From the IMG/VR virus record IMGVR_UViG_3300027255_000165: DNA of 64,000 nucleotides; one strand, 5' to 3'. The position numbers and the translations under genes are program-made. The notes beneath the pieces are model-generated. The model ran no database searches. It was not told the DNA's origin and was given only the letters and a program-made list of their open reading frames with translations. Of this stretch, positions 25,362 to 34,259 are shown in pieces (positions within the stretch are counted from its first letter, which is position 1; every line of letters starts with the position of its first letter). The DNA comes from a virus (taxonomy: Duplodnaviria; Caudoviricetes).

Positions 25362-27192
25362 AGGTCATCAATTCTTCATTTACTTTTGACTCCGCAGCTG
25401 TCATAGCTTTTAAAAGCTCAGACTGTAGAACTGGGTACATTCCGTGAAGTGACTTTGGTGTCATTCTTTGAAACTCTGTCTTATTATCGGACATCATTGC
25501 GTTTCTAACCGCAGTTGCTGAGATGTCATCATCTGTTCTGTGAATTTCATGCATACCAAACTCAGGTAGAACGTTCAATTGTTCTCTGTACGTTTCTTTG
25601 TATGCCTGTGAAGAGTAAGCTGCCATTCTATCTGTACCTGTACCCCATAAGACTGGTTCGTACTTAGGTCTTAACTCATTGAATAGGGCGTCAATTGCAG
25701 CGAATGGAACAACAATAATATCTTTTAGGAACTTGTATTCCCTTTGAACTGCCTTAAACATTTTCATTTGCATTGCCTCGTCATAAGGTCTTTTGAATGC
25801 ATCTTCCTTTTTAGCCGTCTTTGACTTAACTAGGAATACTACAACTGGTAGGCCGTTCTGATCATGTAGAGACTGAAGAACTTTAGCGTGACCTAGAGTA
25901 AAAGGTTGGAATCTGCCAACAAACATATTTACTTTTTGTTTACCATGTTCTAGGGTCTTAACCTTTAGGGCTTCATTAACTTCTCCTTCTGGAGCATCTT
26001 CCTGAATTGAAGACCACTTCTTAAATGATGTAAAGTCCATTACGTCGTTCTCTTCTAATTTTGCGTCAATCTGCTCGTAAATCTTATCGATGATCTCGTT
26101 TAGCTGTGCAACCATGTCCTCGGTTAGAATATCACTTGCCTTCTCTCTTTTATTTCTAAAAGAAGATAAAACAATTTTGAAAAGCTCAGATAGGATTGGG
26201 TTGTTGACGTATTTTAAGGTTTGTTCGTTTTTCAAAAACGCGGTGTTTAGATTAAAGGCTTCATTCTTTGCGAAATCAGCTGTCTCAAACTTAACACCAA
26301 TATATTTTGCGGCATTAGCCTTAATGTAATCGTTAAATGATTCAGACATGATTTCTATAAATCTTCTGTCTTTCTTTTCTTCAACTAGTTTGTATTGTGA
26401 AAAATCATGGTTTGTGAAGTATTCAATAACGTCTACCATTGTGATTTGATAAACATCAGAAGACTTTCTTTCTGTTTCTTCATTCTTTCTTCTATAATCT
26501 TCTAGCTTGAAAGACTTCATTGATTTGCCATCAACAAACGAAACAACTAAACCATCAATTTCTTCATTAACTGATTCATTCAGCGCAGTTCTAGACATGC
26601 CTGAATTAAAAATGTTATAGATGTCTCTGGTGAATGAACGATTTTCGTATACTTTTTCAAATTCATTATCGTTCATTTCTAGAATTTTGATCAATTGCTC
26701 CTTCTGGAACATCGTCAGCATGCCTTCGAAGATCACAGGTGGCTTTTGAACATCAAGTTTCTTTGCCCACTTGTTTAGGACCTCAGTGTCTCTAATCACC
26801 TTAGAAACCCTGCCTGATTCGTTAAGAACCTGGATATGCGTTAGAATTAAATTATTCTTAGGAAGAAGAGCGTACTTAAAATTTGGAGTTTCATTTTCAA
26901 TCAGATAATCAAAACCAAACTTCCAATCCTTCGGCATGTCGCTCTTCATTTCATCACCTAAACCTTGAAAGTGACGAATAGCATTTTCATAAAATCTAAC
27001 GATAGTACGATCTACAATATCCATAGCTCTTTCAGAACCTGATTTGTAGTACTTGTTGGTTAGATCATCTCTTCTGACGTGAAATGATGAAGCAGCGATC
27101 TTCTCAACAGCGTGAACCTTTTGGGTTAACATTGCCATGAAGTTTTCGCGATTCGTATCGTTGAAGTGATCTCTAAGTTTAGGTAGTGCCAT
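25327..27192 (-). CDS. Fusion of a degenerate RNA-ligase-fold domain and a C-terminal HxGH nucleotidyltransferase (phage cytidylyltransferase-like)
   Basis: N-terminal VEKIAASS, FGFDY, PPVIFEG, IDGLVV and FKL. C-terminal VGRFQPFTLGH, GTDR and ISATAVR. Confidence 0.7.
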   Translation of the reverse strand: MALPKLRDHFNDTNRENFMAMLTQKVHAVEKIAASSFHVRRDDLTNKYYKSGSERAMDIVDRTIVRFYENAIRHFQGLGDEMKSDMPKDWKFGFDYLIENETPNFKYALLPKNNLILTHIQVLNESGRVSKVIRDTEVLNKWAKKLDVQKPPVIFEGMLTMFQKEQLIKILEMNDNEFEKVYENRSFTRDIYNIFNSGMSRTALNESVNEEIDGLVVSFVDGKSMKSFKLEDYRRKNEETERKSSDVYQITMVDVIEYFTNHDFSQYKLVEEKKDRRFIEIMSESFNDYIKANAAKYIGVKFETADFAKNEAFNLNTAFLKNEQTLKYVNNPILSELFKIVLSSFRNKREKASDILTEDMVAQLNEIIDKIYEQIDAKLEENDVMDFTSFKKWSSIQEDAPEGEVNEALKVKTLEHGKQKVNMFVGRFQPFTLGHAKVLQSLHDQNGLPVVVFLVKSKTAKKEDAFKRPYDEAMQMKMFKAVQREYKFLKDIIVVPFAAIDALFNELRPKYEPVLWGTGTDRMAAYSSQAYKETYREQLNVLPEFGMHEIHRTDDDISATAVRNAMMSDNKTEFQRMTPKSLHGMYPVLQSELLKAMTAAESKVNEELMTFEQFINKFSNE

Positions 27193-27194
27193 TT

Positions 27195-28484
27195 TTATCT
27201 TCCGTATTTAATAATACCCATTAGCTGGTTGATTGCAGCAAAGGTGCCAGTTAGCTTATATATTTTACCCTTATACTTGAACACTAGACCTTCAGAAGGA
27301 ATGATTGAATCAATTCCACCAATTCTTGAAAGTCTGTCAAGTTCAGCTTCAACCTTTTGAATTTGCTTAACGTCTCCGCCTTTCTTAATCTTACCCGCCT
27401 CTGTTCTAATCTGATTGTGAAGTCTTTGCATTTCCTGATCAGGTGAAGCAGCCAAGAAGTTTGAAGCATTCTTTAGAACCTCAGAACCAAACTCTAGGAA
27501 AAGATCTTCAAATGGTCTAATGTTTTCTTTGTATTTCTTACCAGCATCCATCTTATCGTATTGCTTGATCTTATCCATACCTGCAGCGTCAACGAGTTTG
27601 GCCATGGCTCTAAAGTCCATGCCTTGTTTGTTGTTATAGGCCCATCTCTGAAGAAGACCTTCTTTTACGTCTTGTGTAAGGTTAGGGAATGAAGCATCGA
27701 TCTCTTCTCTCCACCACATTTCATGATAACGTGAAACCTCGTCTGAATCAGAAAGCTTGTAACGATTCTTAAGGTCTTCAATCTTCTTCATGAAATAAGG
27801 TAGCTTGGCAGAAAAGTCTTGGTGCTTTCTCAGAACAAGAACCTGTGGAGGAATGATCGTGAATGTTTTACCAATGTGAGCATTAACGTCTTGTAGAATC
27901 TTTGTAAGCTCTTTAGCTGCTCCAGGACCAGACTCACCAGTAATGTTTCCGTTACCGTCAGTGTATTTAATTCCGTGGAACTGAATTACATCTTTATCGT
28001 AATTGATGACATTAGAGTTACCCGAAAAGATTAACTCCATATTCATGAAGTTCTTACCGCCGTCAAAGTATTTTTCTTGTGAATCTGACTTCAATTTGCC
28101 TAGGGCTGAAGCTAAATCATTAGCTGCCATAGTAAATGTCTTACGAACTCCCTCTGAAGGGTGATCAGCAAACATTGAAGTAACTCCACTAAGGTCCAAT
28201 GGGTTTTTCAACTGACCTGCATTTCTTGCAAACATTGTAACGCCATCTTTAACTGTTGCAAAGATGTTTTGACCATCTGTTTTTTCAGTTGGATCTTCTT
28301 CGAAGTTCAATTCTCCCTTTAGACCTGCTTCAATCATGGCTTTAAAGTCGCCAAACGTTAGATCTTTGTCATCAAACGGATGTGACATGTGACCAGCAGC
28401 ACCACCCTCTAAAACGAGGTCAGAGCCGGCCAAGCTTTGACCTGCTCTTTCAACGATGAATTGGTTATAAGTTAATAATTTCAT
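27195..28484 (-). CDS. Ligase-fold nucleotidyltransferase (DUF6267-like)
   Basis: GGAAGHMSHPFD, motif I TEKTDGQN, NMELIF, SEGLVFK and YKLTG. N-terminus MKLLTYNQFIVE. Confidence 0.7.
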   Translation of the reverse strand: MKLLTYNQFIVERAGQSLAGSDLVLEGGAAGHMSHPFDDKDLTFGDFKAMIEAGLKGELNFEEDPTEKTDGQNIFATVKDGVTMFARNAGQLKNPLDLSGVTSMFADHPSEGVRKTFTMAANDLASALGKLKSDSQEKYFDGGKNFMNMELIFSGNSNVINYDKDVIQFHGIKYTDGNGNITGESGPGAAKELTKILQDVNAHIGKTFTIIPPQVLVLRKHQDFSAKLPYFMKKIEDLKNRYKLSDSDEVSRYHEMWWREEIDASFPNLTQDVKEGLLQRWAYNNKQGMDFRAMAKLVDAAGMDKIKQYDKMDAGKKYKENIRPFEDLFLEFGSEVLKNASNFLAASPDQEMQRLHNQIRTEAGKIKKGGDVKQIQKVEAELDRLSRIGGIDSIIPSEGLVFKYKGKIYKLTGTFAAINQLMGIIKYGR

Positions 28485-28765
28485 TAGATTTTATCTTGAA
28501 ATACTATTTTACCGGTAGCATCTTCAAGTGTGAAATGATAACCGGACGTTGGGTAACGCTTTTTAAGAGTTGTCCAGTTCGCTGGAACGGCGTCGGGAAT
28601 GTTAATTACTTCCTGATGAATGACTGCTCCAACCTGGGCGCCTTTAGCGTGAACTACTAGTGTCACTGGGAAGGCAGCATCTTTCAATGATTTCTTAATC
28701 TTTGAGAAAGATACTTCTTCATTAACAAATGCTTCGTACAATTTTACGCGTTTCATAGTGACCAT
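28484..28765 (-). CDS. Small putative internal head protein
   Basis: MKRVKLYEAFVNEE N-terminus. Confidence 0.55.
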   Translation of the reverse strand: MVTMKRVKLYEAFVNEEVSFSKIKKSLKDAAFPVTLVVHAKGAQVGAVIHQEVINIPDAVPANWTTLKKRYPTSGYHFTLEDATGKIVFQDKI

Positions 28766-29055
28766 GGGTGATTTTTAGCAACAAACTTTTTACCGTGAAT
28801 AAGGCCTAGAACATCTCTGTCCTTTTCACTGTGTTGTAATTTGAATGTATCGTGATCATATTTCCAATGAGCCTCTTTAGAACCTTTACGAAAACCGTAT
28901 GTCATATCCTGCTTCTTGTCATAAGATACCATGTTATCAGGGTGAAGCTCCTTGTATGATTCAACAAATTTGTTGTACTCATAAGGAGTCATCTGATTAT
29001 AGGTCATGAAAATACCTTCAGAGATGAACTGTTCATATAGTTTAACGTGTTTCAT
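28753..29055 (-). CDS. Small putative internal head protein
   Basis: MKHVKLYEQFISEG N-terminus. Confidence 0.55.
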   Translation of the reverse strand: MKHVKLYEQFISEGIFMTYNQMTPYEYNKFVESYKELHPDNMVSYDKKQDMTYGFRKGSKEAHWKYDHDTFKLQHSEKDRDVLGLIHGKKFVAKNHPWSL

Positions 29056-29070
29056 AGGGCTAATATAACC

Positions 29071-29099
29071 AAAAAAACCGACCCGGAAAAATCCGGGTC
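29071..29099 (-). terminator. Terminator after the 616-aa gene, overlapping a promoter-like element
   Basis: GACCCGGA-4nt-TCCGGGTC followed by GGTTTTTTT on the minus strand. Confidence 0.75.
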
Positions 29100-29108
29100 A
29101 GATTATTT

Positions 29109-30959
29109 TTATCCTTTAGCGATCTTTGCAAGCTCTTTAGCAACGTTCTTTGCTTCAGCGCCTTTTAGACCACCTTCTGTTTGAACAAGATTGAATAGCT
29201 CGTCTTCTGACATTGATTGAAGTTCAGACTCAGAGTGCTTACCTTTCTTTAGATCAACTAGAGACACATAAAGTTCCATTGCCTTTTGCTCGTCCTTAGC
29301 TGCCTCTTCGACCTTGTAAGTCTTACCATCGAATTCAAACTCTTCTTCGCCAGCTTCTTTAGCCTTTCTTACTGCGTCACCGAAAGCATTGCCTTCTTCA
29401 ACTTCATCAGACTCGCGAACTGGAACAATACCTAGTTTGCTAGATGCTTTGCCAAGGTTGTTTTCAACTGCTTCAACGTTTTTAATGATATTCTGAATGG
29501 CCTTTCTCCAAGCTGCGTCGGTTGTTTCTTCAGCTAGATCATTTAGCTTTGCGTATAGATCTTCAATTAGACCGCCGACTTCGTCGTAAATATCTACTTC
29601 AGCTTCATATACTTTTGATTCTTTAATGTATTCTGCTAAGTCTTCGTCACACCATCCATAATCACAATCTGCTAATACAGTTTCAAGGTCTTTTCTCTTA
29701 CCTTGCATTAAGATAACTGGGTGACCACCTGCTGGACCGTCCATTTGCTTGTTAATAATTTTAACATTATTCTTCTTTAAGAATTTTAAGAAGTCTTTAT
29801 TGTCTGGATCCATTGCGTCCATTTCAACTTCTGCTTCGAATAATTGCTCATTCTCTTCATTGACTACTGCTTCAAAAGCTGGAACAAGATCTCTATCTCC
29901 ATAAAGGTCGATCATGTACCACTTGCCGTCTCTTTCGTCATAAAGGTATGCATATTCTGCACCATTAGCGTCAGCGTCGTTGATATACTTCTTCAAATTC
30001 TTAACTGAACCCTTAAGAGGTGTCATAGAGTTTTTATCGTTATAGAACTTAATCTTATTGATGTCAGCCTCTAGACCTGAATTATCTCCCTTTGTGATAA
30101 CTGCATCAACATCAGAACCAGATTTGTAACCTTTCTTAATAACTGGCAACATGTGTTCTGGGTAAGAATCGTAGTGAGTGTATACTGATGCAATCTCGCC
30201 TGACTTATAAATCTTACCGAATTGGCCTCTTGTACCTTCTTCAATGATTTGCTCTAGAGAGTTTAGGTTAACTGACTCGTTAAGATTGAATTTTGTGATA
30301 GCGTTAAGAAGCTTATCAGCCGCGTCATTTTCACCAATTTCTTTTAGGTAATCTACTGTGCCGTTAGCGATTGCATAACCGTCCCACTTAGCAGCGTTAG
30401 CGATGTCTGAATAAACTTGACCTTGGCCCTTTGCTCTCGATGCAGAACCGATTGCCTTTGACGTAACGATTTCTTGGTGAAAGTTAGCATCTTCCATTGC
30501 ATCAGCGTAAACCCTAGCGATTGCATTTAGTTCTTTAACGCCTGACTTTTTCCAAGCATTGACTACTGAACTACGCTCTCTTTTGCCTTCGTTAACTTCT
30601 TCGGTTTCCTTTGCTTCCTCTGTCTCAGATTCTTTCAAAGTGATTGGGTATTTCTTACCGTTCCATTCGAACTCTTTTTTACCCTCTCTTTTTGCCTTTG
30701 AAGCAGCGAAAATGAAAGCTCTACCTTCAGCAATTCCAGCCTCTTCTTCGTTTAGATCGAATAGTTCGGCGGTGAAAGCCTCTAACTGATCTTCTGTAAG
30801 TTCAGAAGCTCTAGTTACGTTATATTTCTTCAGAAGCCCATTAAATGAAGCGGCCGCTTCACCTCTTGAAACTTCTTTTTGTTGGTTCTCGGCCTCTTCT
30901 CTAAGCTGTGTTTTTAGCGTAGAAAATGACTTGAAATTTTGAATACGTTCCATTTGCAA
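29109..30959 (-). CDS. Modular, polyprotein-like putative head protein
   Basis: 616 aa with modules separated by xxE junctions and an internal repeat AF..A..KAK..G..EFE(W/F).GK.Y. Confidence 0.6.
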   Translation of the reverse strand: MQMERIQNFKSFSTLKTQLREEAENQQKEVSRGEAAASFNGLLKKYNVTRASELTEDQLEAFTAELFDLNEEEAGIAEGRAFIFAASKAKREGKKEFEWNGKKYPITLKESETEEAKETEEVNEGKRERSSVVNAWKKSGVKELNAIARVYADAMEDANFHQEIVTSKAIGSASRAKGQGQVYSDIANAAKWDGYAIANGTVDYLKEIGENDAADKLLNAITKFNLNESVNLNSLEQIIEEGTRGQFGKIYKSGEIASVYTHYDSYPEHMLPVIKKGYKSGSDVDAVITKGDNSGLEADINKIKFYNDKNSMTPLKGSVKNLKKYINDADANGAEYAYLYDERDGKWYMIDLYGDRDLVPAFEAVVNEENEQLFEAEVEMDAMDPDNKDFLKFLKKNNVKIINKQMDGPAGGHPVILMQGKRKDLETVLADCDYGWCDEDLAEYIKESKVYEAEVDIYDEVGGLIEDLYAKLNDLAEETTDAAWRKAIQNIIKNVEAVENNLGKASSKLGIVPVRESDEVEEGNAFGDAVRKAKEAGEEEFEFDGKTYKVEEAAKDEQKAMELYVSLVDLKKGKHSESELQSMSEDELFNLVQTEGGLKGAEAKNVAKELAKIAKG

Positions 30960-30994
30960 ATGATTATGTATTTTTGTAGTATGTTATCTTAAGA

Positions 30995-32503
30995 CTATAT
31001 ATCACCCTCAAAGGTTACCCTTTTAATTTCATATCTAAACTTTTCTTGTCTATAGATCTTTTGGCGGGCAATACCGTGTTTATATAGGTAGTTGTGATGG
31101 CCTTCGTATGTAATATCGTCAACGAAGTCAATGATATTTACAGCATCCTTTGATTCATGTTGTCTAAGGCCACGACCAATTGACTGTCTAATAATGATCT
31201 CGGATTTGAAAGACTCGGTGAAAAAGATGTTGTGAATCTTTTTAATTGAGATACCTGTCGAGAACGTTCCATAAGACGCGACGATGATAATGTCATCACC
31301 TTGTTCCATCTTCTTTTTATATTCTTCTCTAATATCCTTATCAGTTCCTCCATCAACATAGTAGACTGCCTTGTTACTTCTTCTACGAAGTTCTTCGTAT
31401 AGTCTTTTACCGTGTTCAATTCTATGGAATAGCACAAGTGAGTTGTTTGGAATCTTAGCGATTACTTTACTAATAAAGTTTAATCTTCCAGGTGATTGTA
31501 TAATGTAGTTTTGTTCAAGCTGAAATACGTCTTTATTTTCGTATCTGTTTGTTGACAATTCCATAAACGCCTTACGTGCTGTTTCTGGTGCGTAATTCAT
31601 TTCAATTACTTTCACATTACACTTTGCAATATGACCTTCATCTTGTAAAAAAGCGGCCTTAACCTCAGTGATAAGAGGTCCAGTATGTGACATTAAGGTT
31701 AAACGATCTAGTGTGTTATCCTTTGGAATAGTACCTGATAAACCAAACCTATAGGTCGCGTTTTCACACTTCTGTAGAATGGTTTTGATTGAGGCTGATT
31801 TGGCCTTGTGCGTTTCATCGACAATCACACAATCAAACTGTTCAAAGAAGTCTTTTCCCTTTTTAACTAGCGATTGATATGTTCCTATAACAATGTTTCT
31901 AGAGTCTTTAATCTTTTGACCAGCATAAACTTGCTGAATCATCATTTGAATTCTATTCTCGTAATTGTATTCTCCAAAGTCCTCAGTTGCTTGAACAACC
32001 AGGGATACGTTAGGTACGATAAACAAAATCTTTTTTGCCTTTTGTTTCTCTAGCATATATGCAACTGCCATGAAAGAAATCATTGTCTTACCGGCTGATG
32101 TAGCAAGCTCAGATAGAGAGCGTCTGAATTTTAGAATGTTAAATGCGGCTTCTATTTGATAGTCCCTTGGAGTCATTTCTGATCTTTCAAAAAACTCAAG
32201 AGACCATTCTTCGAATCCTTCTGATGTTATGTCTCTGTCAAACAGCCGAGTAATGCCATTGATCTTAAGCTCATAGTTGTAGCTCTTACAGATCTTCATC
32301 ACTTCTTGCCATAAACCGGAAGGAATCCACTTATCGTCTTTTACATACGAGATGTAACCGTCCCAAACACCCCTTTTAACTAGGGGGTTGAAACGCCAAC
32401 CCTCGATTCGACGAGTCATCGATATGTTCAACTGCTCAAGTTCAAGATCAGTTGCCTGATCAATTCTTAAGAACTGAGCGTTGTCAGTTAAAGTTAGCTC
32501 CAC
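30995..32503 (-). CDS. uvsW: SF2 DNA helicase UvsW
   Basis: PRDYQ, ATSAGKT, VDETH, GLSGT, ASYGTFSTGISI and QSIGRGLR. Confidence 0.93.
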   Translation of the reverse strand: MELTLTDNAQFLRIDQATDLELEQLNISMTRRIEGWRFNPLVKRGVWDGYISYVKDDKWIPSGLWQEVMKICKSYNYELKINGITRLFDRDITSEGFEEWSLEFFERSEMTPRDYQIEAAFNILKFRRSLSELATSAGKTMISFMAVAYMLEKQKAKKILFIVPNVSLVVQATEDFGEYNYENRIQMMIQQVYAGQKIKDSRNIVIGTYQSLVKKGKDFFEQFDCVIVDETHKAKSASIKTILQKCENATYRFGLSGTIPKDNTLDRLTLMSHTGPLITEVKAAFLQDEGHIAKCNVKVIEMNYAPETARKAFMELSTNRYENKDVFQLEQNYIIQSPGRLNFISKVIAKIPNNSLVLFHRIEHGKRLYEELRRRSNKAVYYVDGGTDKDIREEYKKKMEQGDDIIIVASYGTFSTGISIKKIHNIFFTESFKSEIIIRQSIGRGLRQHESKDAVNIIDFVDDITYEGHHNYLYKHGIARQKIYRQEKFRYEIKRVTFEGDI

Positions 32504-32532
32504 TCATTGGTTGAGCATTTTTATTCTCGCAA

Positions 32533-32961
32533 TTACAGACCGTTCAACTGTAATTTATTGCGAACGGCCCAACTCATATTGTCTAGAGTCTTAACCGATT
32601 CACGCATGAAATCCATCTGTGTTTCTAATAGGGATAGAATCATGCTCTCATCTGACATATCGGCTTTTAAGAACGATTCCCTTTGTTTGTCAGTGAGTTT
32701 ATAATCATATTCGTAATACTTGATGAAAGACTCTTTATAAGTCTTTGACAGTTTACGTTCCTGTTCCTTGATCTTGATGTTCAGTTGTGCTATCTGTTCA
32801 ATGATGATTTGGCGATAAGATGGAATTGTCACCATTGCATCATTTAAGTCATCAACATTCTTAAAGGCCTTTGCAAGCTCTCTAATCTTTGAAGTCCATT
32901 CTGATCGCTGATTTCCAAGGTACTGATCAACTTGTACTATTTTGTTTTTCTCTACTTGCAT
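32533..32961 (-). CDS. uvsY: Recombination mediator UvsY-like
   Basis: 142-aa helical protein directly upstream of uvsW, with a C-terminal L...DF....VKTL....WAVRN pattern. Confidence 0.65.
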   Translation of the reverse strand: MQVEKNKIVQVDQYLGNQRSEWTSKIRELAKAFKNVDDLNDAMVTIPSYRQIIIEQIAQLNIKIKEQERKLSKTYKESFIKYYEYDYKLTDKQRESFLKADMSDESMILSLLETQMDFMRESVKTLDNMSWAVRNKLQLNGL

Positions 32962-32970
32962 TGGTTACAT

Positions 32971-33180
32971 TTAAAAAAGTTGACCTTTGTTGTTTTTCAA
33001 CGGGGTCCATGGATTTGCAGTTAACTTCTTTTTCATCTTTGGCGTGCTAAATTCTAATCCTACCTCGCTAAATGAAATATCGATTTGATCGAAATCAATC
33101 AACGCTTTCATGTTTTTGCGACCATCGTGGTCTTCGTGAAACTGGTCAAGTTCCTTTTCCATCCAATCAAAACTAATCAT
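32971..33180 (-). CDS. Hypothetical protein ending in KGQLF
   Basis: 69-aa ORF overlapping the primase stop. Confidence 0.55.
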   Translation of the reverse strand: MISFDWMEKELDQFHEDHDGRKNMKALIDFDQIDISFSEVGLEFSTPKMKKKLTANPWTPLKNNKGQLF

Positions 33181-34259
33181 ACGTACAAGGCATCTAAACG
33201 TGAATCTGTAAAATACTGATTGATTTTGCTTAGAGGTGAGGTGTTCTTAATTTCAAAACACTTCTTAACCAGATCGTTTAAATCCTTTATACTATCTGAA
33301 TATATATTCATTTTCGTATCGTCTAGGAATTTAGACCACATGAAAACCTGTTTACCCTTCTTTAGTTTCTCTAACATCTTCTTTTTACCCGTTTCGTCAT
33401 TATCAAACATGTAACGGATTGTTGGAATCTCGTCTAGCTCGGTAGTTGAACGACCAGCCGTTGCAAGAGCAATCGAATTGCTCATAAACTTTGCGTCAAG
33501 AGGTCCTTCAAACACTGTTACTGGACGACCCATATCAGCGTACATTAGACCAAACAGAGTTGATAGTTTATTAACGGCAATGACATCATCTCCTTCAACT
33601 GGAAATGGACGATTCATTTCTTCATACAATTTTTCAAGATCATACGTCAAATACTTTGATCGTGCATTCTTGCCTAATTGACGACTTTGACAACTTAAGA
33701 TTTTGCCGTCAGGTGTCTTGTTTAGAATCCACAATCTTTTGCCCATATCTGAAAAAAGAAAGTCATCGATGTGACGATGTAACAATCTTCCTCTTAGATA
33801 GAACCATGCAAAATCGCCAGGTTGAATAGATTTGGCCTTAAAGAAGGCCTTGAAATCCTGTACGGGTATTGCAAGTTTTATTGCATTATTATAAACCGAA
33901 TGCTGAAGAGTTTGAATGTCTTTAACGTCAATCTTCTTTTCCCTAATGTATTCGATGATTTGAACTGTTTCATCAGTTGAACCTGCTCGTAAACCATGAT
34001 CCTTTAAGAATGTATTCAGATCAGTGTGATGACTACAATTATAACAGTGAAACTGAAGAGTATCCCAAAAAAGATTACCTCTCTTTTTGGTATGATCCTC
34101 TGTGGAATCCCCACAATAAGGACATGCCAGGTTCAAACGACCTGACATTTCCTTAATCATTTGTTTGGGAGAGGCAGAGTGGTTTTCTACAACCACCTGC
34201 TTCACCAAACTTCTGATTTTTTGCTTTAAATCTTCTGATAAATTAGATGTCGAGGTCAT
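33177..34259 (-). CDS. gp61: DNA primase (T4 gp61-like)
   Basis: Zn finger CPYCGDS...HCYNC; TOPRIM VFEGPLDA and MFDND. Confidence 0.9.
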   Translation of the reverse strand: MTSTSNLSEDLKQKIRSLVKQVVVENHSASPKQMIKEMSGRLNLACPYCGDSTEDHTKKRGNLFWDTLQFHCYNCSHHTDLNTFLKDHGLRAGSTDETVQIIEYIREKKIDVKDIQTLQHSVYNNAIKLAIPVQDFKAFFKAKSIQPGDFAWFYLRGRLLHRHIDDFLFSDMGKRLWILNKTPDGKILSCQSRQLGKNARSKYLTYDLEKLYEEMNRPFPVEGDDVIAVNKLSTLFGLMYADMGRPVTVFEGPLDAKFMSNSIALATAGRSTTELDEIPTIRYMFDNDETGKKKMLEKLKKGKQVFMWSKFLDDTKMNIYSDSIKDLNDLVKKCFEIKNTSPLSKINQYFTDSRLDALYV

